Shown: positions 27,276 through 39,701 of the stretch, one piece after another | How positions within the stretch are numbered: the first letter of the stretch is position 1 | Layout of the letters: every line of letters begins with the position of its first letter | NCBI GenBank assembly: GCA_050273025.1 | Contig: CP158635.1 | Coordinates: forward strand, 23,498,001 to 23,562,000 | Length of the DNA stretch: 64,000 bases | Source of the DNA: Cenococcum geophilum | Lineage: Eukaryota | Direction: 5' to 3' | Program-made: the position numbers and the translations under genes | Notes under the pieces: model-generated | The model's database searches: none | What the model saw: only the letters and a program-made list of their open reading frames with translations | Told to the model about the DNA's origin: nothing

Positions 27276-29237
27276 CTAAGTTTTTGCCTTCCCTGCCACT
27301 TTCCCCAGACGCTCCACCACTGATTTTATAAACGGCCCTGTACCCCAAGAGCATACATTATTAAGTCTAACTATAAATTCTTTCCCGCGCTCCAGCAATA
27401 GCGCATTACAAGAATCTAAAAGCTTTGAGTTAAACATACGCACACTATCTTCAACGACGGTCCAGTGGACCCAGAGCTCGTGGATGGGGCCTTGGGTGGT
27501 AATGGAGAAGAAGAGCGGGGGTTCAGTGTTCGAAGACGTGGGCAGGGTTGTTGCGTGATCTACCAGGTCATCCAGATCAAGCTGTATCTTGAGCCCACAA
27601 GCTCCGGAAACAGCGGCTTGGTTCTCTGCCTCAAAGATTTGTTTGCCGGTAGAGTAGGCCTTGCCCTCAACAACAGCAAATGGGAAGGCAAGATCTAAGG
27701 CGCGTGGGGCGGGTACTGAGATCAGTACCGGTTCAAGCGGCCCGTCTTCGTGCTGCACCATCTCGTTCTGGAGCCATGTGAGGAATTTCCTGGCATTTAC
27801 CTTGTTAAGATTTTCTGCCGCGAGAGCAGAGATGAGAGCTGTCAGTTGTATGCCCATTGAGATGTCGGGACGTGGGGTTTTGATTGAGGAGCGATCTCCC
27901 CCTTTCTCTAGGATAGGGGGAGCTGGAGGAGGCCTCGTGTTTGATTCCCGTGAATCGTCGGCCGGTATATGAGTGGTTGAAGATTCAGGGGACATGTACG
28001 GCTCGCGAGTAGACGGTTGCTGGCGCTTCCGCGGTGGAGCCGAGGCGTCGTCAACCCCCGGTTGTCGGACACCGGCCATGAAGCTTAAACTAAAATGCGA
28101 CTGCTTTGGGACCACTGGCTTAAGCTCCTCTCGCCAGTCGGCTTTTTCATGGAGACATAGGTTCATAAGACCTAGAGCCTTGAGAGCAGTGTGGAGTAGA
28201 TCAATGAAGTCATCTTCGCCAGCCTGAGCCCTAACATTTTTGAGGCAGCCGTTGCGGAGTTCCTGGGATATGACAATGAGTTCGACTCGGCGCTCGTCGG
28301 AGACCGGGCGATTAATAATGCGGTCAATAGCGGCTTCAATGCAGTCAGGCGGCTCAGCGTGGATGTGGATCTCGGCGGTCGCAAGATGCTTGTGGCGGTA
28401 GACGGCGGTGGCGTTAGAGGAGCGTTGGGATCGGTCTGTCCCCGCTTCCGATGAGGCTACTATGGAACGCCGTGACGATGTCCGTTTGAGAGCCGGAAGA
28501 CTATTGGTAGGTTCCATGTCTTCCCTACTCAATATTTCCAATCTCTGTAAGTTCTCCTTAGAGAGCTTGTCCTTAGAGGGAAGGAGTTCTTGGGGCTCTT
28601 CTGAACGGTGCACGCCTTCTGGCTCGTCGGCTTTAGCTACAAAGTCTTCTTGCAAGTTATCTTCAGAGAGCTCGTGTTTGGAGGAAGAAGTTCTTCGGGG
28701 CCGTTTTGGAGGGCGCACGACTTCTAGATGTTCAGGTTTAGCTGTAGAGTCCCGCGAACGCTTCCGTTCGCTACTAGTCGAGCGAGGCTGGGGAGGAGGT
28801 CGTCGTGGCTCTTCTAAACAGCGCACGTCTTCCGGCTCGTTAGCTTTAATTATAGAGTCTTCTTGCAAGTTCTTAGTGAACTTGTGTTTGGAGGGAGGAG
28901 TTCTTCGGGCCTGTTTTGAAGGTCGTACGCCTTCCAGCTCGTTGGCTTTAGCCTCAAGGTCTTGCAAGCGCTTCCGTTTGGTGCAGCCCGGCCGAGGGGT
29001 GGGTGAGGTAAGGGCGGGAGATGGTTGGATAAGTGGGGCCTGGGGAGCGTTCAGAGGGCCAGTTTCGCATTGCCGCCTGATGTTCTCGGGGGTAGCAGAA
29101 TCAGCTCGCGGAGCCATGGGTATGGAAAGAGAGAAGCGTAACGCGTAGTGCGGCGCTGAATATATAATGACGGGATGAACGGAGGATGGATACGGGAGTA
29201 CGGCGTGGGGTGAGGTTACGATGGAGGACGCGAGCAT
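27276..29237 (-). CDS. Intronless hypothetical protein with a disordered, repeated basic N-terminus and a C-terminal PD-(D/E)xK-like domain (DUF7924-like)
   Basis: 653-aa ORF (the alternative start at 29117, MAPRADS, is plausible). Motifs TPRPDISMG, FPFAVVEGK, EAENQAAVSG, ELWVHW. Confidence 0.75.
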   Translation of the reverse strand: MLASSIVTSPHAVLPYPSSVHPVIIYSAPHYALRFSLSIPMAPRADSATPENIRRQCETGPLNAPQAPLIQPSPALTSPTPRPGCTKRKRLQDLEAKANELEGVRPSKQARRTPPSKHKFTKNLQEDSIIKANEPEDVRCLEEPRRPPPQPRSTSSERKRSRDSTAKPEHLEVVRPPKRPRRTSSSKHELSEDNLQEDFVAKADEPEGVHRSEEPQELLPSKDKLSKENLQRLEILSREDMEPTNSLPALKRTSSRRSIVASSEAGTDRSQRSSNATAVYRHKHLATAEIHIHAEPPDCIEAAIDRIINRPVSDERRVELIVISQELRNGCLKNVRAQAGEDDFIDLLHTALKALGLMNLCLHEKADWREELKPVVPKQSHFSLSFMAGVRQPGVDDASAPPRKRQQPSTREPYMSPESSTTHIPADDSRESNTRPPPAPPILEKGGDRSSIKTPRPDISMGIQLTALISALAAENLNKVNARKFLTWLQNEMVQHEDGPLEPVLISVPAPRALDLAFPFAVVEGKAYSTGKQIFEAENQAAVSGACGLKIQLDLDDLVDHATTLPTSSNTEPPLFFSITTQGPIHELWVHWTVVEDSVRMFNSKLLDSCNALLLERGKEFIVRLNNVCSWGTGPFIKSVVERLGKVAGKAKT

Positions 29238-29289
29238 GTCTGACGTTCTAGGCTTGGCGCTGGCGAGGGGTCGAAATGGAGGCGACAGC

Positions 29290-29455
29290 TTCCCCTATAG
29301 CCACCTTTTTCTAATTGGATATACGACTGGCGCTCTAAGAGCTCCAAAGCCTTAAAATCCACTCCACGCCACCAATTAAATCACCGGATCCACAGCCAAT
29401 GCAAATCGGCTCCAGCCAAACGCGCCAAATCGGCTCCAATCTAAATAGATCACTG
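29290..29455 (-). mobile_element. Orphan hAT terminal fragment related to the 50705-53934 element
   Basis: The reverse complement begins CAGTGATCTATTTAGATTGGAGC, versus CAGTGATCTACTTGGACTGGAGC at 50705, and shares the later TTWATTGGTGG...GGA subterminal motifs. Confidence 0.6.
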
Positions 29456-30314
29456 GTCTGGAGCTCTACTCGCTGGGCCTTTGCCCTTTCGAAAGAGACG
29501 ATGCATTGCCCCAGGCTCTAGTCTATGAGCATCTCTGTGATCGTAAATTTTAGTTGAAGGTATCAAAACGCCGATACATGGTTGGCCTTTATATCTTATT
29601 AGGGTCACATAGGAAAAAGACAGAGATTATGAGCGCTATGATGCATTTGGAGTGGCATGTTTTCGCCTGCATGCTGCGGGTGTCACATATCCCTGTGTTC
29701 TTGAACCGCGCAACGAATCAGCGAAGCTGAACTGCAACTTATTTGAAACACTAAGTGTGATCAAAGCTAGATACCCAAGGGTCATGAAATGCCGCGCCGC
29801 AATTGCAATTAATTAGGAGAGGGGCTAAAATCAAGGACCTTATTCGTCTGATATTCTCTCAGCAAAGATCATGTCTAAACCGTGCGGAATTGTTGACTTG
29901 CAATACTTCTATAAAGATCTATACCTAGTGATGCAGCCTTTCATGCCATGTACGACTTTTCTAGGGCATGAGATGCAAAGGGAGAAGTAGCAGGGAACTC
30001 ATGGAAGCATTAGCTTTCCGCCCATAAGCGGTGCAGAGGTGAATTGGGAAGGGTGGAATTACAAATAATTCCGCGATGACATACCCAGCGTAATCGATAA
30101 GGCGCACCGCTATACCTAAACTAGAAATGGCTCGGTAAAGTGCGGAATGGTCCACCACTTTTCGGTAACTTTTCTCAACACCACATGCAAACCTATATGT
30201 CCCAGCCTTCTTTTACGATTACTTTCTCATGCTATATAAACACAAAACTCATGCCTCGAATCAATTATTCCCTTCTCTTCTCTCCCACCATCAATATCCT
30301 CTTCAACCGCCACA

Positions 30315-32068
30315 ATGAACTCCTCGCAGTTCCGCGAAGCAGCCCACGCAGCCATTGAAGAGAGTAACGCTCTCCAACTCCATCTATTGGCAGCCCAAAC
30401 TAACACCAAGCTCCAGTAATCCAATACTATGATACTCTCCCCTCGCGCCCGGTCCTCTCCACCGTAACACCGGGCTACCTGCGTCCACTGCTGCCATCCG
30501 GCCCACCTCAGACCGGGGAGGCATGGCCCGCGATCCAGGCCGACATCGAGCGCGTGATAATGCCTGGCCTGACGCACTGGCAGTCGCCGAACTTCATGGC
30601 ATTCTTCCCCGCGAACTCGACGTTCCCGGGGATGCTGGGCGAGCTGTACAGCGCCGCGTTCACGGCGCCGGCGTTCAACTGGCTGTGTTCGCCTGCCGTG
30701 ACAGAACTCGAGACGGTAGTACTAGATTGGGTTGCGCAACTGCTTGGGCTGCCAGAATGTTATTTAAGCAAGGGGGAGGGAGGGGGCGTCATTCAGGGGA
30801 GTGCAAGTGAGGCGATCGTGACGGTAATGGTGGCGGCGAGGGAGAGGATTGTGAGGAGGCGGTTTGAAGGGATGGAGGAGGGGGAAGAGAAGGAAAGGGA
30901 AATGGGAGCGATGAGGGCAAGGTTAGTGGCATTGGGGAGCGAGCATGCGCATAGCTCTACCCATAAGGCAGCGAATATTGCGGGCACGAAGTATCGATCC
31001 GTGCCTGCTCCAAAAGACACTGGGTTCACAATGACTGGTGCCGCTCTCAGGAGGAAGATCGAAGGGTGCAAGAGCCAGGGACTGGAGCCATTCTATATTA
31101 CAGCCACGCTGGGCACGACGGCAACATGTGCCATAGATGATTTCGAAGGCATCGCTGAGGTCATTAAGGACTACCCAGACATCTGGATTCACGTCGATGC
31201 TGCCTACGCCGGCGCAGCGCTCGTATGTCCCGAGTACCAGCATCTCGCCAAGCACTTCGACAAATTCGACAGCTTCGATTTCAACACGCACAAATGGCTG
31301 CTTACTAACTTTGACGCAAGGCGAGTCTCCGTCTCTCTAATCCTCTCCCATCATGCTCCTCTTCCATCATACCACTCTCCATCACCTTTCCTTGTCTCCA
31401 CTCCTCTTACTACCTCCCCGCTAACTCACCGCAGCTGCCTCTTCATAAAACACCGCACTTCCCTCACCTCTGCCCTCAGCATCACCCCCTCCTACCTCCG
31501 CAACACCTTCTCAGACACCGGCCTCATAACCGACTACCGCGACTGGCAAATTCCACTGGGACGCCGCTTCCGCGCGCTAAAAATCTGGTTCGTACTGCGC
31601 AGCTACGGCATCGAGGGGCTCCAGTCCCACATCCGGGGGCACGTGAAGCTCGGCGAGCTCTTCCACTCCCTGCTCCTGACGCGACCCGACCTGTTCGCCG
31701 TGCTGGCCGGCCCGGCCTTTGCGCTGACTGTCCTCACCGTGCGGCCGAAAGGGTGGGGGAAGGGCGGGCGGCGCCCGTCCACCACGCGCGCCGATCGCCC
31801 GGATCCCGGGCCTGGGGTGTATTTGAATGATTTTACGGCGGATGCGGAGGCGCGGTATACGGCTAATGCGAACGCGGCAACGCAGGCGGTGTATGAGCGA
31901 GTGAATGGGGGCGGCCAGGTGTTTCTGTCGAGTGGGGTTGTGGGTGGGACGTATAACATCAGGGTGGTGAGTGCGAATCCGATGGCGGAGGAGAAGTATT
32001 TGCGGCAGGCGTTTGAGATTTTGGTTAAGGAGGCGGAGGCGGTTATTGGGGTGAATGGGGAGGAATAG
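30315..32068 (+). CDS. Aromatic L-amino acid decarboxylase (group II PLP-dependent, DDC/TyrDC family); 3 exons
   Basis: MNSSQFREAAHAAIEE start, PGLTHWQSPNFMAFFP, SPAVTELE, HVDAAYAG, NTHKWLL (PLP lysine), DWQIPLGRRFRALK. Short intron from 30364 and GC-AG intron 31321-31434. Confidence 0.93.
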
Positions 32069-32611
32069 GGAGATATAGTGTACCACACTAAGTGAATAAT
32101 GGGATAAGACGCAAAACTAAATGGACCTTTTAGAATACCTAATTAAACTCGACCAACCCTTCTTATATACGAATTTCATGAAAATTATCCGAAATCGAGG
32201 TACTTACGAAATTAGATATATGTGAGTGCGAATTGATCCAGTCCTGCACAGTAATGTACGCTTGGTTGGTGTCATACAGGTCGTTGCCTGAAGCAATATA
32301 AATGTAGATTACAATCAAAAATGTAGCTTGTGTGGAGTATGGTCAGTAAGTTGTCTCCATGAAGCTCACAATTAAGAACAAAAGAAAGCCTGAATAATTA
32401 TAGGCTGTAGAAGCTCCATACGCTATTCCATCACCCGTCAGGGTGCTGCGTTATCGATAAGGGTGTGGACCGTGCATATAACACCAAGGATATCATCCCG
32501 CGCCATATATCAGTGTATTAAGTACAAACACCGCCCGGGCAGATAAGAATTGCGAAGGAAAGAATTAGGAGAAGGACGTCGTATAGGGCCTACAGCTGCA
32601 GCAGCAATATA

Positions 32612-32939
32612 CAGTCAAATCTCTTTAGTACGATACCGTTTGTTCGGCCGAGCGTATCGTAATACTAATGGTATTGTTATATCAAGAGTCACGTGTTGGG
32701 TGAATAGGCAGGAAAAAGAGGAGCTTAATACCTAAAAAGGATTAAGATGTCTACTAAATAGGGCTCTCTCTCATACAAATTCCCTACTGGTTATACCGAT
32801 ATTGGTGGCAAGTGCTTAACGATATTGTCAAAAGTCAGATTATCGTAATATTACAGCAAAAAAGTATTAATCAAGGGTGCAAATCGTATTACAAATGATA
32901 TCGTTATATACCCAACATCGTATTAAGGAGATTTCACTG
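32612..32939. mobile_element. Old MITE, Tc1/mariner-like termini
   Basis: Imperfect 23-bp TIRs CAGTCAAATCTCTTTAGTACGAT / ATCGTATTAAGGAGATTTCACTG; left flank TA, right flank CA. Confidence 0.6.
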
Positions 32940-34110
32940 CAGTCGGTGGGAGGGGTAGTAGAGCACACTAGGTAGGGTGGACGATTGGGCGCATGCACGA
33001 GCAGGGTTCTAGATTCAGTCTGAAATCTGGAGCTAAAACTAAAGGCTCCTTATATTAATCTGACGCCAAGAGCTTCAGTTCAGCTACTATATATAGTATG
33101 GCGTGCGGATTTAACGCGCTAGAGGAACTTCAGGTTGAAAAGTTGCCATATACACCAAACACCCACTTCTAGATCAGATTGAAGCTCTAGATCAACTCCG
33201 ATCTGGTGCCTCCAGATCGTTTCCGAACCCGGAACCGAATACTTCCTTGAATGTCCAGCAGGAGAGAGATTAGGAATGGCAAAAGCAGGAACGTATTTAA
33301 CAAAAGGACAAGGTACAATAGCGGTGAGAACGAGAAAGAAGACATCATTCATACATCATACACCAAGCTCAGATGATCAACTGTACCTACCGTGAGACTT
33401 CGGCAGTGGCAGAATAGCGGTGTCGAGTCTCATAAATTCACTTAATGTAGTACCGAGACAACAATGTCAATAGCCCCACAAGCCCGCTGATCCGTTGAGC
33501 CTCAGTCGGATTTGGAAATGAGAAATGCTCCCCCTTTCACCCGCGTGCGTGTCGAGCTCCCTGGTGTCCAGAGCTCTTGTCACAAGCTAAAAAGCTCTCT
33601 TCACACCCACGTGCCGAGGAGAAGTCCGGGTTATTTTCGTGGGAGATCAGCGGAGTCGAGCGACAGAGCTGGGTTAGAGAATCGGGAGTACAAAGGAAGG
33701 GCGTAATTACCAAAATTGCACGGGGAGTTGTTTTGTTGTTGAGGGAATGACATGAAAATTTGCCCGTTTCGAATAATCATTCGTGAGGAGTCCCGACACC
33801 GTCTCGGACCGCATCTGGGCTGGGCCTTCAACACAGGCGCGGGTTTAAAGGCCGTGACCTGGTGAGTAGCTGGAATTGACCATTTGGTTGGGGCGAAGGC
33901 TTATCTGCACATCTTGGAAAGCAAAAGCAACCAACGGCCGCGGGCAGGGGTCGCAGCTGAGCGAGCGAGGTTTGCCCGCCGTCATCGCCAGTGCAGAAAA
34001 AAGTTCAGTCAGCGCAAAGTAACGCCAACACACTAACTACCCACACGACCGACCGTCGATATAACACGCGACCATCATTGAAGGACTGCTGCACACTTTG
34101 AATATCCTCA

Positions 34111-36109
34111 ATGGCTCCTGCTATGAGGCCGCTCGCCTCTGCCAACCTCCTGGCCCACATCTCGCTGACTGGCCGCCGTACCTTTGCTACCTCCCGCCCA
34201 TCCATCGTCACTTCCAGAGCTCGAGGAGCTCCCCGACCTACCTTTTACAAGACTGCCCTGCGTCAATCAATCCGGCGAGCATCGACGGAAGATGTAGCCA
34301 AGCCTGAGACTGTCGCCAAAGCGAAACATGGAGGATTCGGCATCCTACGATGGACATGGAGGCTCACTTATCTGTCAGCATTGGGCGGAATCGCATACCT
34401 TGGATATGGCATCTACATAATGCGGCATCCCGCTGACCAGCCCAATCCAGACCCAAGCAAGAAGACGCTGGTGATTCTCGGTATGGAACTCTCTCCATTC
34501 AATTTTGCTCTGACTCACCCAATTGACTGCTGATAGGAACTGGATGGGGCGCCGTTTCGCTGCTTAAGAAACTCGATACCGAGAACTACAACGTCATTGT
34601 AGTATCACCGCGCAACTACTTCCTATTCACGCCCTTGTTGCCATCATGCACTACTGGCACAATCGAGCATCGGTCTATCATGGAGCCAATCCGCAACTTC
34701 CTACGCCACAAGAAAGCTGCGGTCAAATTCTATGAAGCGGAGGCTACAAAGATCGATTATCAGAAGAAGGTTGTATACATCAATGATGACTCGGAGATCA
34801 AGGGCGATATCTCTTCAACCGAAGTCTCCTTTGATATGCTTGTTGTCGGAGTTGGTGCCGAGAATGCTACTTTTGGTGAGAAAGCCCAAAATCCATATGC
34901 TATACAAAAGCTAATTATCAATCAGGTATTCCTGGTGTACGAGAACACGGTCTGTTCTTGAAAGAAGTCGGCGATGCCCAACGGATCCGGAAACGCATCA
35001 TGGACTGCTGCGAAACCGCCACCTTCAAAGACCAGAATCCAGACGAGATTAAAAGACTTCTTCACATGGTTGTAGTTGGCGGTGGACCCACAGGTGTCGA
35101 GTTTGCTGGCGAGCTTCAAGATTTCTTCAACGATGACCTGAGGAAGTGGATCCCTGACATCAAGGAGAACTTCCACGTCACACTCGTGGAAGCCCTGCCA
35201 AACGTGTGTACATCCCCCTCTCTCCTTCCGAAAGTCCACTAACATTATCCAAAGGTCCTCCCCATGTTCTCCAAGCAACTGATCGAATACACCGAAAAGA
35301 CATTCAAAGAAGAAACTATTACCATCCGCACCAAAACCATGGTCAAAAACGTCACCGACAAATACATCGAAGCCGAATCGACCGGCCCGGACGGCAAAAA
35401 AATCCTCGAGCGCATCCCCTTCGGCCTGCTCGTGTGGGCCACCGGCAACGCGCTGCGCCCCGTCGTCAAGGACCTGATGATGCAGATCCCCGCGCAGAAG
35501 GACTCGCGGCGCGGGCTGGCCGTCAACGAATACCTAGTCGTCAAGGGCACTGAGAACATCTGGGCGGTCGGCGACTGCGCGGTGGCCAACTACGCGCCGA
35601 CGGCGCAGGTGGCGGCGCAGGAGGGCGCGTTCCTGGCGCGCCTGTTCAACCAGATGGCCAAGACGGAGCAGGTCGAGCTGGAGCTGAACCAGCTGTCGGA
35701 AGCCCAGGAGAGCGCACCGAATAAAGCCGCGCGCGACCAGGTGTTTGCTGAGATCAAGGAGCTGCAGAAGCGCCTGCGCCGCGTCAAGCAGATGGGGCCG
35801 TTCGAGTACTCGCATCAAGGCTCGTTGGCGTACATTGGTTCTGAGAAGGCGGTGGCGGATATTAGCTGGTTGACGGGAAATCTGGCGACCGGAGGCACGC
35901 TGACGTACTTTTTCTGGAGGAGCGCGTATTTGAGCATGTGCTTTAGCAGTAAGTGGCCCTTTCCCCCTTCTGTCCTATCTGTTTGTCTTCTGTTGGAGGG
36001 ATTTTCTTGATGGCATGTGGCTAATGGATATGCAGCGCGCAACCGTATCTTGGTCGTTATGGACTGGGTTAAGGCGAAGATGTTCGGGCGCGACGTGTCG
36101 CGGGAGTAG
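34111..36109 (+). CDS. NDE1: Mitochondrial external alternative (type II) NADH:ubiquinone oxidoreductase; 5 exons
   Basis: Mitochondrial presequence and TM segment, LVILG/TGWG, SPRNYFLFTPLLPS, VVVGGGPTGVEFAGEL, WAVGDCA, PTAQVAAQEG, HQGSLAYIG, C-terminal FGRDVSRE*. Confidence 0.93.
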
Positions 36110-36906
36110 ATTTGGATATCCATCCAGTCGTTCCAACCACCCGTCCCCTTCCGTCTATCCTCTACCCCTTAATCCGCTCCTACATCTAGTGGAGACATGC
36201 GCATACCGCACTGTAGACCCTTACCCCACACCCCTTCCGCGTAGATACACATGTCTCTGCTCTGATCTTTCTTGTCATATTGTCTGTAATGCTACTTCTA
36301 GTACCTCACCCAGCTTCTAGCGGGCTTCTTCACTTCGTTTTCTTCGATTTCTTCGTTCCTGTTCCTAGGGAGTTGGGTTCGGCTTAGTTATGTTTGCATA
36401 GATAGAAATATTCTGGCTGGAATGTTAGGATGCGGCTGTACTAGGTCCATGATAGCTCGAACAACAAAACGGAATTTTAATCAGTGGTTTTTATGCAGGC
36501 TTTGTGTATGTTGTGACATTGTGTGAGGCTTGGTTGAGATGAGAGAATTGGAGTGGCCGAGGAGATCGTGGGAGTGCGATGTGGAGCTGGAGATGTGATG
36601 CAAGGGTCTTTCGATGACGTGATTACTTTTTCTACGCAACTGGGGGCTTGCGAATGTATTCAGCCGCTTTCGATGGAGCATTCAAGACTGGATTCTTGTT
36701 TCAGTGTAATCTGTGTGCTGTTCTTCAGTCTCTTTCTAACTTTCTCTTTCCATCATACGACTCCAACGTCCTACGAATCTGGCCATCCCCCACCAATTAG
36801 ACCCACCAGGACGCCAATTGCATGTCATACTGCTACTGCTACTGCGTCTACTGTCTACTGTCTACTACTCTCTACTCTACTTCAATCAACCTTCAGAGGT
36901 CCAAGA

Positions 36907-37910
36907 ATGGGCATCTCACGCAGCACAGCGCGCTACCCAGCGCCGGCCTCCTTCCTCTACGGCTTCGCAGCGCAGCAGTGCGGTATGTTGTCTTCCCCAA
37001 ACATGAAAAACGTGCGTGACGCGAATCCGGCGGCGTTTAGTCCACAGCCGTGAGTAGTGTCCTTACCTTCCCCTTTCCCTCCATCATACCAGGATTTCAG
37101 CCACGAAGCCGCGCACGAACAGCGTGTAGGGTCTTAGAGCATGGAAGTGGGTGAAGAGGGTAATTCCGGGCTGCTGGAGGAAGCTCTAGAAAAGAGGAAT
37201 ATGAAAGAGTAGTACTGACGCGATCGCAGATACTTCATCGCGGCCCTCTTCTTCCCGCAGCAGCTAGTGTGGCTATAGAAGCGGTAGAAAGGGGATGGAA
37301 CGAAGGAAAAAGTAGACCTAGTGACAGACTACGCGCCGTGTGCATTAGGAGCGAGTCTTACCCGTCCTCCCTAATCTTCCTCCACAAGACACAGCTGCCC
37401 TTATCCCTTCTCCGCTCAGCCTACCTGAAAGCTCTACTGCACAGCGGCTCTCAAGCCTAGCGAACAAATCCCGGTAACGAAGTCGAGTTCGGTCCATATT
37501 CACTAACCCCCTCTTCCCATCGCAGCACGGGTGTTCTTCTGGAACGCCTCCGCCCTCCGCGCCTCCAACGCCCTCGTTCTCACCAACACGCTCTCCCACC
37601 TCGTCGCCAAGTCCTTCGCCGGCATCGGCGTCCTCGACCTGCTGCACAACGCCTCCGCGGCCCGCTTCCGCGGCGTGCTGCCGAGCTCCGCCGTCAAAGT
37701 CGCGACGGGGCTCCGGTTTCGCGGGCGCTGCGAACGCGAGCAATTGGGCGCTTGGCGGGTGTTTGGTTTGCGATCTTGTGGCGGTGGCGGTGGGGCAGAG
37801 CGGGGGTGGAGGGCGCTGCTGGGTGTATGCGGTGGGGGCGGCGGGGATTGTGGTGGCGCGGAATTGGGTGGGGTTAGTGAGATGGGGTTTTGTTGGGCTG
37901 CTGGGTTTAG
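36907..37910 (+). pseudogene. Degenerate conserved fungal membrane-protein gene (DUF1774-like)
   Basis: Fragments FSPQP/YFIAALFFPQQL, FFWN...LSHLVAKSFAGIGVLDLLHN and, after a frameshift near 37713, GFAGAANASNWALGGCLVCDLVAVAVGQ. The family assignment is from memory only. Confidence 0.5.
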
Positions 37911-39701
37911 TGAGTATGAGGGCATGATGCAGGGTGGGGAGGGTGGTTGGTGGGGCTTGTTTGCTTGTTTTGCTTGTTCTGCCGATGCTCCGGGTCTTGA
38001 GGCTTGCTGTCGCGCAGCTTCCTTACCCACGCCGCGGTGTTCTTCAGTCGGTGGGTACAATTGTAATTGAGATGGCGTGATGTTGCGTCTTGAAGCCATT
38101 GAGCAGCCTATGGTGACTAAATATGACAAACGGAGGCGCTCTTGGCGATCTTTCGGTGTAGACTCGAGTGTTGTTCTCATGGACATGATTGTTTGAGGCA
38201 AGCCTCGCTCGGTGCAGGATCTCTTCTCTGCATGTAGAGATGGGATTGGTGCGGAGATGGCTGCGCGATGCTGCAGTGGCTGTCGTGGCGTCGTTGTGGT
38301 ATCTTTCAGCTGGTGGAATTCGTCCAATGGTGATTGAAGATCCAGCCAATAGAATCAATAGGATCAAGGCTCCGTGATCGAATCTACGTGATTGTAGAAG
38401 CTGTCGATTTTGATATACAATTCCTAGATACACTCAATCTTTGGAGTTGAGTCGCTCAATATGACGAAGCCAACGGTGGGACAAAGCCTATATCATCAGA
38501 AGTACGATTGGAAGGCATGGTTGATCGATGTATATTAATTGAACCTGTAGAAGTAATACGCGTACCCCCGGTTATGGGTATTTTGGTGTCTGGGCACGGT
38601 CCAACTTTCGTAGAGATATGCTGGCGGCCCCTATGACGAGTATCCAGGTACGTATTTGTACTTTCATGGGCGAATGCAGGGTCTCTGTCTTGGCACGATC
38701 GGTGGTATTTCCGCGGCAGCTGGGTGGATGAGATGGATTAGATTGTCGGGCGGCGTGGTGGCGGTTTGGTCGCGTGCTTAATAAAGGCGTCCCGCAGCCA
38801 ACTGACTGCAACACCACAGCGGCTCCCCCCCTTAGCTCGGACTTGGGCGATAAGGCTTCCCTCGCTTCCCTTCCTTTTCCCCTTCGGACCGTCAGTCTTA
38901 TCAACCAACAGCCCGACCGTCGAGAGTGTGTCGCAGCCAGTCTGGGCCAGTCAGCGAAGATTCCCGGCCACCCTTTTATTATTGCCTATCTTACCGTGAA
39001 TCATGCGCATAATTATCTGGGGCCCCTCGCTGGTGGGCGGCCACCCTCAACAGTCTGGGAGTCATCCGCTCCACCCGGGATGACCATCATCGACCATACT
39101 GACCATCACTGGCCATCGCTTCGTCTCTCGTTGTTCTCTGTGCTTTTCATTCCTCAGGTGTCTCGATAGAGTTTCACTAGCCACTTTCCTTCTATTCCTA
39201 ACAAGACAAGGATCGCTGTATTGATATTTCCACTTTGTGCTGCACCACCCGATCTGGCGCCGCTTATCTATCCTTCGGGCATCCGTGCCGCCATTCTGCG
39301 TCAACTGTGTTTCTGCGAGTACGTTGCCCGTCCCGTTGCGACCTTTAGACCCTTATAGAAATTATTGTCAGCCTGGACCTACCACCTTCATTACCTCTGC
39401 CTAGCCTGTACTCGAGCTGCCACCTTCAGTGTCCAACGTCAGCTGGGAAGAACTGGTGGCTGAGACATTTCGGAGTTGGGCGACCTCGTGGCTGTGCCGC
39501 CTCACCAGTCACCACCTGAACTCAGCATCTGACTGAGAAACTGCCAGGGTATTGAGGAGGCCTGGATATCAACAAATAAAGGGTCGGGGAGGCAGAAGGG
39601 GCTTCAAGAGCAGGACGGGCGCAGGCCTTTATAATACCTCCCTACTGTTGGAGTCGCTTACCCGAGTTACGCACGACGCAATCCTCACTACAGATGACAA
39701 C

